Assembly: GCA_951406725.2 (NCBI GenBank)
Contig: OX597815.1
Span: 16,678,001-16,742,000 of the forward strand
Source of the DNA: Octopus vulgaris
Lineage: Eukaryota
DNA: 64,000 nt
Direction: 5' to 3'
In this document: positions 24,932-35,319 of the stretch, piece after piece
How the letters are laid out: each line of letters starts with the position of its first letter
How positions within the stretch are numbered: the first letter of the stretch is position 1
Translations under genes and position numbers: made by a program
Notes under the pieces: generated by a model
Told to the model about the DNA's origin: nothing
Seen by the model: only the letters and a program-made list of their open reading frames with translations
The model's database searches: none

Positions 24932-26842
24932 TTATTGCTTATTTAGCTTGGGTTCGAATTTATCAATAAAATTCTTTTCTCTGATTTTCCTCTCGATTTC
25001 ACTTGGGCTGTGTAATTTGTAGAATGGAAATATTATATATATTTTCCGACCACATGTTGCTAGGTGGTTACTCAAAGGTATCTGACGGACCTCTGGGTCT
25101 CTAATCTGTTGCCGGTGTACACGTGAGCGTTCTAATAGTGCGTTTCCCGTCTGACCTACATATATTTCTTCACAATTTGGGCATTTGATGCAGTAAATTA
25201 AATTTCTGCTTTTGCAGTTCATATTCGCGTTTGTGAATATTTTCCCGGTTTTTGTGTTTATATATTGACCGGTATGTATGAATTGGCATGTGCCACATCG
25301 GCTATCATTGCATTTAGATACCGTGAATGTTTGGTCTTTGTTGCTGAGGTCAAATTTTGCCTTTGTTAGTAATGTTTTCAAGTTTTTAGGCTGTCTTTTA
25401 CTAAGCACCATAGCTCGATCCTTGATTATGTCTTTTAATTCATTACTTTGGGCAATGATTGGTAGGTTTGCTTTGGCAATGTTGAAGATATTCTGGTGAC
25501 ATGGGTTGTGTGTCACTATGAATGGTATGACTTGTTCTTGTTTTCCTCTTCCTTGGGTTGTCCTAAGTTGTTGTATAGGTATTTTTATAGCCCGCTGTAT
25601 GCCATTTTCTATAAGTAGAGATGGGTATTTTTGTTTGAGCAAAAATTCTCTTAGTTCTATTAGGCGTTTGTTCCTGATATTTGCATCTTCTACAATAGTA
25701 CAAATTCTTCTGGCTAGGCAGTATGGGATGTTACGTTTTGTATGTGGTGGATGGCACGACTTAAAATTTAGGTATTGATGTGTGTCTGTGTGTTTATAGT
25801 ATATATCTGTGGTGATGGTGGTGTCTTTTTTAATTACCATTATATCCAGGAATGGTAATTTGGTACTACTCATCTCCTTTGTAAATTTGAGAGATGGGTG
25901 TAGGTTGTTCAGGAGGATATTGAACTCTTCCAGAGTATTTAGAGATTCTGTCCAGATTATGAAACAGTCGTCTAGGTATCTCTTCCATGCCTTTTCAATA
26001 TACTTTCTAAATCCAGTGCCATAGTTTACCTCCACCTCTTGGTAGAGTTGTTCTTCTAAGTATCCCATTACAGAGTTGGCGTAAACGGGAGCAAACCTCG
26101 TTCCCATCGCCGTGCCTCTAATTTGGATGTAATTCTTTCCATTGAAGAAGAATGTGTTATTTTCTAGAATAAGTTTGACTGTGTCTAATATAAATGGCAC
26201 TGTGAATCTGCTGGGAATCACTTCTCTATGTTTTTCTAACCAGTATTTAATCGCCTTTATTCCTAAATCGTGTGGAATATTGGTGTAGAGGCTTACCACA
26301 TCAAAACTTAGCAAAACTGAATTTGTTTCTGTTGTTTTGGGAAGATGGGACAGGAAGTCGATGTCATCCCTGATGAAACTTGGTATGTAAGTACATAGTG
26401 GTTTCAAAACAATGTCAATAAAATTGCTTAGACGGTGTGTAGGGCATGCTGGACCAGCTATAATAGGTCTAAGTTTTAGGTCTTTTGGATGTAATAATTT
26501 TATGTACTCACTTTCTTGTTCTTTTACTGCCTGTTGAATGTTTTTTGATTTGTGTATTTTTGGTAAGCCGTAGAAGTTGCTGGGTTTTGGTTCAAAATTG
26601 GTGATGTAGTCTTTTTCATTATCCGTAAGTGAGTTGTGGTGTGTTGAAATCAGGTTGTTGATCTTTTTCATGATGTGGTGGTCTATATTTGCGGGTATTT
26701 CACAATAGAAGGTTGTATCCTTCAGTTGGTCTTCAACCAAATCCTTATAGTATTCGGTATCCATAATAACAATTGCACCACCTTTATCTGCTTGTTTAAT
26801 TATTATTGTTTGATCGTTTTGTATACGTTTACATGCAGACAT
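24932..26842 (-). CDS. Penelope-like (Neptune-type) reverse transcriptase-GIY-YIG endonuclease, left copy
   Basis: IKQADKGG (DKG domain), FYGLPKIHK, SFDVVSLYTNIP, GTAMGTRFAP, RYLDD, Cys linker CNDSRCGTC, LIY-CxxC-YVGQT with downstream His residues (CCHH); frame homology continues upstream past a TGA to ~27250. Confidence 0.93.
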   Translation of the reverse strand: MSACKRIQNDQTIIIKQADKGGAIVIMDTEYYKDLVEDQLKDTTFYCEIPANIDHHIMKKINNLISTHHNSLTDNEKDYITNFEPKPSNFYGLPKIHKSKNIQQAVKEQESEYIKLLHPKDLKLRPIIAGPACPTHRLSNFIDIVLKPLCTYIPSFIRDDIDFLSHLPKTTETNSVLLSFDVVSLYTNIPHDLGIKAIKYWLEKHREVIPSRFTVPFILDTVKLILENNTFFFNGKNYIQIRGTAMGTRFAPVYANSVMGYLEEQLYQEVEVNYGTGFRKYIEKAWKRYLDDCFIIWTESLNTLEEFNILLNNLHPSLKFTKEMSSTKLPFLDIMVIKKDTTITTDIYYKHTDTHQYLNFKSCHPPHTKRNIPYCLARRICTIVEDANIRNKRLIELREFLLKQKYPSLLIENGIQRAIKIPIQQLRTTQGRGKQEQVIPFIVTHNPCHQNIFNIAKANLPIIAQSNELKDIIKDRAMVLSKRQPKNLKTLLTKAKFDLSNKDQTFTVSKCNDSRCGTCQFIHTGQYINTKTGKIFTNANMNCKSRNLIYCIKCPNCEEIYVGQTGNALLERSRVHRQQIRDPEVRQIPLSNHLATCGRKIYIIFPFYKLHSPSEIERKIREKNFIDKFEPKLNKQ

Positions 26843-27165
26843 CTCTGATTTGCTAATGTTTGGCCTAACATTGGTATTGCGTCTAAGGGGAAATTTAGAC
26901 AGGATATCAATGTATTGGTCAAGGTAGTTATTTCTTCATTTTGGTGGGGTGAAATTTGATTTATTCCTTACTAGGGATTCATCAATCTCATTACTTTTGT
27001 TAGCGAAGAATTCTACAAGTCGTAATTTTCGACAGAATTTTTGGATATCCTCCTTTAATTCTTGGTGGTTGGCTGTTGGTGTAGGTGTGAATTTCAGTCC
27101 TTTTGACAGAAGTTGGATTTCATCATTGTCAAGATCTCTTTTTGATAAATTAATTATTTTAGGAT

Positions 27166-27602
27166 CTATACGTTCAGTTGTTTGGGGTATGTTTCCTCTT
27201 GGATTTTTTCTTTCTCCGGTGTTTGTTGTCCTGACGTAAAAAAATGGATTTTTTTCTGGTTATGATTTATATTCCTGTTGATGTTTGCTTGATGAATTTT
27301 GCGTTTTGGTTGTGGTACTTTACTTGGTTTCGTTATGTTTTCTGTCTTGTTTTTGGTATTATGTATGCTACTTTTCAATTTCTTGTTAGCATTGTTTTTA
27401 ACCACCTGGAGAAATGATCTGGGTTTACTTCTAGATCTAGATCGGTTTTTTGTCCAGTTTCTTGTGGGTAATCTCTGTTGAGGTCTTGAAAATGATCTCC
27501 TGTTATTTCTACTGCTAATGGTCTGTTCAAAGCAATATCTATTTTGTTTGTGCTTTTTGTTCATGTTGTGTGCATTAGGGTGTTTGCATACAAAATGGGA
27601 AG
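27166..27602 (-). CDS. 5'-truncated basic, Arg/Ser/Lys-rich upstream ORF (ORF1-like) of the PLE
   Basis: Frame is open from the inversion junction (27602) to TAG at 27166; contains RSRSRSKPRSFLQVVK; overlaps the RT frame. Confidence 0.55.
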
Positions 27603-27938
27603 ACTGAACGTATAGATCCTAAAATAATTAATTTATCAAAAAGAGATCTTGACAATGATGAAATCCAACTTCTGTCAAAAGGACTGAAATTCACACCTAC
27701 ACCAACAGCCAACCACCAAGAATTAAAGGAGGATATCCAAAAATTCTGTCGAAAATTACGACTTGTAGAATTCTTCGCTAACAAAAGTAATGAGATTGAT
27801 GAATCCCTAGTAAGGAATAAATCAAATTTCACCCCACCAAAATGAAGAAATAACTACCTTGACCAATACATTGATATCCTGTCTAAATTTCCCCTTAGAC
27901 GCAATACCAATGTTAGGCCAAACATTAGCAAATCAGAG

Positions 27939-29849
27939 ATGTCTGCATGTAAACGTATACAAAACGATCAAACAATAATAATTAAACAAGCAGATAAAGG
28001 TGGTGCAATTGTTATTATGGATACCGAATACTATAAGGATTTGGTTGAAGACCAACTGAAGGATACAACCTTCTATTGTGAAATACCCGCAAATATAGAC
28101 CACCACATCATGAAAAAGATCAACAACCTGATTTCAACACACCACAACTCACTTACGGATAATGAAAAAGACTACATCACCAATTTTGAACCAAAACCCA
28201 GCAACTTCTACGGCTTACCAAAAATACACAAATCAAAAAACATTCAACAGGCAGTAAAAGAACAAGAAAGTGAGTACATAAAATTATTACATCCAAAAGA
28301 CCTAAAACTTAGACCTATTATAGCTGGTCCAGCATGCCCTACACACCGTCTAAGCAATTTTATTGACATTGTTTTGAAACCACTATGTACTTACATACCA
28401 AGTTTCATCAGGGATGACATCGACTTCCTGTCCCATCTTCCCAAAACAACAGAAACAAATTCAGTTTTGCTAAGTTTTGATGTGGTAAGCCTCTACACCA
28501 ATATTCCACACGATTTAGGAATAAAGGCGATTAAATACTGGTTAGAAAAACATAGAGAAGTGATTCCCAGCAGATTCACAGTGCCATTTATATTAGACAC
28601 AGTCAAACTTATTCTAGAAAATAACACATTCTTCTTCAATGGAAAGAATTACATCCAAATTAGAGGCACGGCGATGGGAACGAGGTTTGCTCCCGTTTAC
28701 GCCAACTCTGTAATGGGATACTTAGAAGAACAACTCTACCAAGAGGTGGAGGTAAACTATGGCACTGGATTTAGAAAGTATATTGAAAAGGCATGGAAGA
28801 GATACCTAGACGACTGTTTCATAATCTGGACAGAATCTCTAAATACTCTGGAAGAGTTCAATATCCTCCTGAACAACCTACACCCATCTCTCAAATTTAC
28901 AAAGGAGATGAGTAGTACCAAATTACCATTCCTGGATATAATGGTAATTAAAAAAGACACCACCATCACCACAGATATATACTATAAACACACAGACACA
29001 CATCAATACCTAAATTTTAAGTCGTGCCATCCACCACATACAAAACGTAACATCCCATACTGCCTAGCCAGAAGAATTTGTACTATTGTAGAAGATGCAA
29101 ATATCAGGAACAAACGCCTAATAGAACTAAGAGAATTTTTGCTCAAACAAAAATACCCATCTCTACTTATAGAAAATGGCATACAGCGGGCTATAAAAAT
29201 ACCTATACAACAACTTAGGACAACCCAAGGAAGAGGAAAACAAGAACAAGTCATACCATTCATAGTGACACACAACCCATGTCACCAGAATATCTTCAAC
29301 ATTGCCAAAGCAAACCTACCAATCATTGCCCAAAGTAATGAATTAAAAGACATAATCAAGGATCGAGCTATGGTGCTTAGTAAAAGACAGCCTAAAAACT
29401 TGAAAACATTACTAACAAAGGCAAAATTTGACCTCAGCAACAAAGACCAAACATTCACGGTATCTAAATGCAATGATAGCCGATGTGGCACATGCCAATT
29501 CATACATACCGGTCAATATATAAACACAAAAACCGGGAAAATATTCACAAACGCGAATATGAACTGCAAAAGCAGAAATTTAATTTACTGCATCAAATGC
29601 CCAAATTGTGAAGAAATATATGTAGGTCAGACGGGAAACGCACTATTAGAACGCTCACGTGTACACCGGCAACAGATTAGAGACCCAGAGGTCCGTCAGA
29701 TACCTTTGAGTAACCACCTAGCAACATGTGGTCGGAAAATATATATAATATTTCCATTCTACAAATTACACAGCCCAAGTGAAATCGAGAGGAAAATCAG
29801 AGAAAAGAATTTTATTGATAAATTCGAACCCAAGCTAAATAAGCAATAA
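27939..29849 (+). CDS. Penelope-like RT-GIY-YIG endonuclease, right copy (identical protein)
   Basis: Same 636-aa translation; upstream in-frame extension KIINLSK...LLSKGLKFTPTP...SNFTPPK* from 27603. Confidence 0.93.
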   Translation: MSACKRIQNDQTIIIKQADKGGAIVIMDTEYYKDLVEDQLKDTTFYCEIPANIDHHIMKKINNLISTHHNSLTDNEKDYITNFEPKPSNFYGLPKIHKSKNIQQAVKEQESEYIKLLHPKDLKLRPIIAGPACPTHRLSNFIDIVLKPLCTYIPSFIRDDIDFLSHLPKTTETNSVLLSFDVVSLYTNIPHDLGIKAIKYWLEKHREVIPSRFTVPFILDTVKLILENNTFFFNGKNYIQIRGTAMGTRFAPVYANSVMGYLEEQLYQEVEVNYGTGFRKYIEKAWKRYLDDCFIIWTESLNTLEEFNILLNNLHPSLKFTKEMSSTKLPFLDIMVIKKDTTITTDIYYKHTDTHQYLNFKSCHPPHTKRNIPYCLARRICTIVEDANIRNKRLIELREFLLKQKYPSLLIENGIQRAIKIPIQQLRTTQGRGKQEQVIPFIVTHNPCHQNIFNIAKANLPIIAQSNELKDIIKDRAMVLSKRQPKNLKTLLTKAKFDLSNKDQTFTVSKCNDSRCGTCQFIHTGQYINTKTGKIFTNANMNCKSRNLIYCIKCPNCEEIYVGQTGNALLERSRVHRQQIRDPEVRQIPLSNHLATCGRKIYIIFPFYKLHSPSEIERKIREKNFIDKFEPKLNKQ

Positions 29850-30159
29850 TAATAATACTTAGAGGTATTACTTCCACTGCTACGACCATGACCACTAACA
29901 ACAACAACAATACTAAAGGTGATCAAGACGAAGATAGCAGGAAAATTATCTTATTTAGGGTTAAAAGTTCTATTGCCACCACCATCACCACTAGCAACAA
30001 TAATTAAGGTGCTGACAATGATGATGATGACAATTGAAATATAAAAATATAAAAATCTCTGACAAAGGATATTTACAACATTTCTAAAAATAACCCAACA
30101 ATTGCTGCTTCGGCCAGGGTCAAGATACAGGACTCTTGACCTGTCCAACAAAGCGTGAT

Positions 30160-30285
30160 GCCTAAACCAATCAGCTCAACCAACCAATCAGCTTAAGTAA
30201 TTGAGTGATACTACACACTGATTGGTCAGAATACAGTTTGCAAAACCTAGCACTCTGGAGCCTACCCAGCTGTATTTATAGCACA
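30160..30285 (+). promoter_or_regulatory. Putative Pol II promoter in the PLE pseudo-LTR (mirrored at ~24496-24621)
   Basis: CCAATCAG at 30167 and 30184, reverse CCAAT (ATTGG) at 30221, TATTTATA at 30273, about 65 bp upstream of the hammerhead. Confidence 0.45.
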
Positions 30286-30343
30286 GAATCACTCATCTTG
30301 CTACAGTCAAAAATTGTGAAGCATGACTGTCAACACTACTACA

Positions 30344-30388
30344 TGAACCCGAAGATTGCAGAATTCAATGCATGAAAGTACTAGTTCA
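30344..30388 (+). ncRNA. Minimal type I hammerhead ribozyme in the PLE 3' pseudo-LTR (right copy)
   Basis: tgaac-CCGAAGA-t-tgca(gaattcaa)tgca-t-GAAA-gtac-TA-gttca: stem I tgaac/gttca, palindromic stem III gtac, CUA cleavage triplet. Confidence 0.7.
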
Positions 30389-30517
30389 ATCAGAATGAAT
30401 ATTTAACATTCTACTATTTCACTTTATTTTATTCAATTATAATATATTATCTTATAATATATCATTATAAGATTGTAAATAAAACGTGAAAATCAGACAA
30501 GGTTGGAATTCTTTTTA

Positions 30518-30743
<226 letters not shown>

Positions 30744-30908
30744 CGTGTTTGGAAAGGTTAAAGGAAAGTGCTCACACACTAGAAAATTCGTCTTCCCAAA
30801 AAGGTTAATAACCTCCTGATGTAAGATTTCATAACATATCTTTGAAAAATAATTTTAAAAAAAAATCACCTTTATACTTCAAAACTGTACTAAGTAATCC
30901 CCATAGAT

Positions 30909-30957
<49 letters not shown>

Positions 30958-31689
30958 CATACATGAAGCTAATATTAATCCCACTCCATCCAACATAAAC
31001 TGGAATTGTAATTTAGGTGATATAATCCTTATATAAAAATAGCGAATTTCTTCAAGCGTTAGTAAACAATATCATGTACAAAAAAAAAAAAATAATAAAA
31101 AGGCGAAAAAAACTTGTAACATTTCCGACGAACGAAGACTCTGTTGCAGTGATAATATGAAATAATTCAAATATAATTCATAATTATCTTGAAGCAGATA
31201 CCAAATCACGACAAAATATTTCGTGACTTTTGAAAAGCATTTGATCAAAAAGTCCATCTAAAACTGTCTGAAAGTATAGAACACGTTGAATTACAAAGGA
31301 AAATTTAGCTATGAATCAGAAGTTTCCTATACAACAGAGAGAAGACAGTTGTTAATGACACGTCAACTGTCTAACCTGGTATACTAGAAACAACTGTTTA
31401 AGGCTCTTTGTTTTTTTTAAATTCGTTTTAGAAAGGTTCAATATGTTAAGAGCACATATTCGTCTGCAATGGTTTTCTCAAAATGACAAATACTAGCCCC
31501 TCCAGAAATATCCCCCTCTCTCTTTATTAACAAAAAGAAAAGAGCAAATGGAGTTTGTATCCAGATAATTCATTGTTCGTCATGGATAACTTTAAAAAAT
31601 TTTTCTATCAGCAAAAATCCCCCCAAAATATCAAATTCGATTGGTTAGAACTCCAGTTATACAATGTAAAGTTATAATATACACTAAAC

Positions 31690-31844
31690 GAGTGGTTGTG
31701 TAGTAAGTAGCTTGCTTACCAACCACATGGTTCTGGGTTCAGTCCCACTGCGTGGCACCTTGGGCAAGTGTCTTCTCCTATAGCCTCGGGCCGACCAAAG
31801 CCTTGTGAGTGGATTTGGTAGACAAAAACTGAAAGAAGCCCGTC

Positions 31845-31913
<69 letters not shown>

Positions 31914-32725
31914 TTAATCCAAACAAGAAAACACAAAAAAACACAACAACGCGAGGACGTGGAACAAATATAGTATCATTGGACGCTCAGGAAAGAAGGG
32001 AAGAAGGAGGGTTTAACGTTTCGAGCGGAGCTCTTCGTCGGAAACATAGGAGAAGGAAAGATCCAGAGAAGGGAAGGCAGAGGAAAAAAAATCGCCAACG
32101 GTACACGTGTATGTATATGTGTGTATATGTTTGTGTGTCCGTGTTTGTTCCCCCAACATCGCTTGACAACCGATGCTGGTGTTTACGTCCCCGTACCTTA
32201 GCGGTTCGGCCAAAGAGACCGATAGAATGAGGCTTAGTAGTATTTCGTCTGCCGCTACGTTCTGAGTTCAAATTCCGCCGAGGTCAACTTTGCTTTTCAT
32301 CCTTTCGGAGTCGATAAAATAAGTACCAGTTACGCACTGGGGTCGATATAATCGACTTAATCCGTTTGTCTGTCCTTGTTTGTCCTCACTGTGTTTAGCC
32401 CCTTGTGGGTAGTAAAGAAATAGGTATTTCGTCTGCCGCTACGTTCTGAGTTCAAATTCCACCGAGGTCAACTTTGCTTTTCATCCTTTCGGAGTCGATT
32501 AAATAAGTACCAGTTACGCACTGGGGTCGATATAATCGACTTAATCCGTTTGTCTATCCTTGTTTGGCCCCTCTGTGTGTAGCCCCTTGTGGGCAGTAAA
32601 GAAATAAGAATAAGTACTAGGCTTACACAGAATAAGCTCTAGTGTCGATTTGCTCGACTAAAGGCAGTGCTCCAGCATGGCCGCAGCCAAAATGACCGAA
32701 AAAAGTAAAAAGTAAAAGTAAAAAG
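31690..32725 (+). mobile_element. SINE S2 carrying nested inserts (PLE-like remnant ~31911-32105 and S1 dimer ~32238-32608)
   Basis: S2 head, (TA)n, unrelated insert, S2 middle, two S1 units, S2 tail. Confidence 0.75.
32011..32045 (-). ncRNA. Minimal hammerhead-like motif
   Basis: Minus strand gttt-CCGACGA-a-gagc(tcc)gctc-GAAA-cg-TT-aaac. Confidence 0.65.
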
Positions 32726-33919
32726 ATTTTCTCCAAATATAAATGAAAATCTTTGACATCAACGCAGTAGATAGGGAAAACTTGTTTAAAGAAAGATTCG
32801 TGGTACAACTTAACTCTCAAAAGCAAACATTACGTAAACGAAAATAAAGGAAGAAAACTCTGAAAAAGATCAAGAGCAAAAAAGAATATACAAACAAAAT
32901 TATGTGTAAATGATTGGTTTAAACCATTAAAAAAAATCCACGAAAAATTTCAGCTTATAGGTCACAAATGAAGACAGAAACACGATAACAGATGAAGATA
33001 TACAAATGAAAAAGACAAGCTGTGGCTATACACAACTACGAATGTTGAACAACAAATAACCTGTTTAAATGCATTAGTTCAGTATGCAGTTAATAAAACG
33101 AACGCTTTACCATCCTCAGATTGATTTGTTGAAGACGAGTCTCTCAAAAGGTTTTCACTTGCTATCTAAGAGAAAACTTGGTCAATCAAGCTTAGCGTAT
33201 ATAAATGGAAAGCCTTGCAGTTGTAGAGAAAAAATAGCTAAGCAGAAGAGACATGTAACGAGCTTAAACGTGGTTATCGAACAATCAGACATAGCAGCCA
33301 AATCTCATTGAAATCACACCCTACATATGTGTGTATCGATGACTATATAGTCTTACAAACATTTTGCCCTACGAGAGGGAGGATCGTGGTCTCAACGTTT
33401 TTGATCACAGATTTGTTGAATCAAGGCTGATCTAGGGATAGTTTTGAACAAGGTGACGAATTAAGGCTACAGCCCAAAGAAGAAAAGCAGATTTATCCAA
33501 CGGGCATCCAAACACTTACTGTCTGTTAAATTTCACCCAGAAGGCTCTGTTAGAATATATATATATATATATATCCATGGTGCCACGCAGTGCAATCGAA
33601 CCCGAAATCATTTAGTTGCGGTAGAAACATCTTACTCACAGAACTATGGTTATGTACATAAGTTGTTTTTTTTTGAAAAGAAAGATAAATGTATGACTCC
33701 TTTCTATTCTATGCATATTGGTGTTTGTGCAATGGATGTCAAATATATATATATATAAATAAATGAGGGGGATATAGCTTCACTGAATACAAATATGGAA
33801 TATATCGCACCTTACAGTCTCTCTGTAGTTCTGGCTGGAATTAACGTCGGCACAGGAGGAGAGATTCATTAAAACTTTCAAATCGCAAATTAATTATACG
33901 CTTCTCTGTTGGCAGAGGA

Positions 33920-35290
33920 ACCAAGGGATAGCACACTCACTGCATTCTTCAAGCTTTGTCAAGCGGATCCATTCGCTCAAACCTTGCTGTATCCACAGAT
34001 TTCATCGTACTACACTTGGAAAAAAATGGGCCCCACGGAAAGCAGGTCAAAATGTTCATGGATACCCTGGCATTAAGTTTCACACTTGCCTCGGGCGAAT
34101 ATACATAGTGCATCCCACTCAACAATAGTGCTTCTACCTTCGTCTACTACTGCATGAGGTCAGAGGGCCAACGTCTTTCCAGGCCCTAAAAACCGTTCAT
34201 GGACATGTCTGGACAACATACAGAGAAGCCTGCTATCGACAAGGTCTGTTAGAAGATGGTGCACAATGGGATGCAACTTTAGGAGAGGCTGCCTTATCAC
34301 AATCACCTAAAAGTCTCAGGGCACTATTTGCAGTATTACTACAGGCATGCGAACTGTGTGATCCAGCCACTCTATGGCTCAAATATAGAGACAACCTGGC
34401 TGAAGACTTTCAGCGCCAAACTCAACTGCTCTATCCTGACATGGAGGGTATCAGCAATGAAATCTATAACAAAACACTCATTGACATTGAAGACAGAATT
34501 GCTAAACTGGGTGGAAATGAATTGTCGACGTATGGCCTGCCACAAGCATTCAGGTCAGAGTCAAATAGCCTTCCCACTGCTGTCATTCGTGAAACAACCT
34601 ACGACACTCAAGCGCTTTCAAAGTACATTGTTGAAAATGAGCCTAAATTATTCCGGACCAGCTGCAGGCCTACAAAACTATTCTTAACAGTGTACGCCAA
34701 CGCGAGGGACGAATCTTCTTCCTCGATGCTCCTGGAGAGACAGGAAAAACATTTATTACAAAGCTTCTCCTTGAAGAAGTTAGGCAGCATCAGGACATTG
34801 CAGTAGCTGTAGCCTCCTCTGGCATTGCAGCTACTTTGTTACCTGGTGGCAGGACAGCACACTCAACTTTTAAACTCCCTCTCAATTTAGGAGCATCCGA
34901 AATGCCTTCATGCAACATCAACAAAAGCTCAGATCAGGGACAAGTACTTAAAATGTGTCATCTAATTGTCTGGGATGAGTGCACTATGGCTCACAAGGGA
35001 GCTTTGGAAGCATTAGATAGAGCCCTGAAAGATATCCGAGACTGTCAGGCTCTAATGAGAGGTGTAACGCTTCTGTTGTTAGGTGATTTCAGGCAAACTC
35101 TTCCTGTCATTCCGAAAGGCACTAGAGCAGATGAAGCCCAAGCATGCCTAAAGTCCTCTACCCTGTGGCATCATGTTACAATCCTCAGTCTTACCACTAA
35201 CATGAGAGCTCAGCTACACGGCGACAAAATGTCCACAAAGTTTGCACAGGACATTTTGACACTTGGTGAAGGCGATATGCTGCAGGACAA
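33920..35290 (+). pseudogene. Decayed Helitron RepHel fragment (Rep-helicase linker region + Pif1-family helicase)
   Basis: TLTAFFKLC, GRIYIVHP..CFYLRLLLHEVRGPTSF..LKTV, YREAC..GLLED, LDAPGETGKT (degenerate Walker A), ASSGIAATLLPGGRTAHSTFKLP, IVWDECTM, GDFRQTLPV, LTTNMR; several stops and frameshifts. Confidence 0.92.
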
Positions 35291-35319
35291 ATGGAAGTGT
35301 GGTCATTTTCCTCTGTTGT

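Noticed and set aside
25278-26024. Antisense ORFs inside the PLE (mirrored at 28757-29503, and 26949-27239 / 27575-27832)
   Set aside because: Shadow ORFs on the opposite strand of the RT-EN frame
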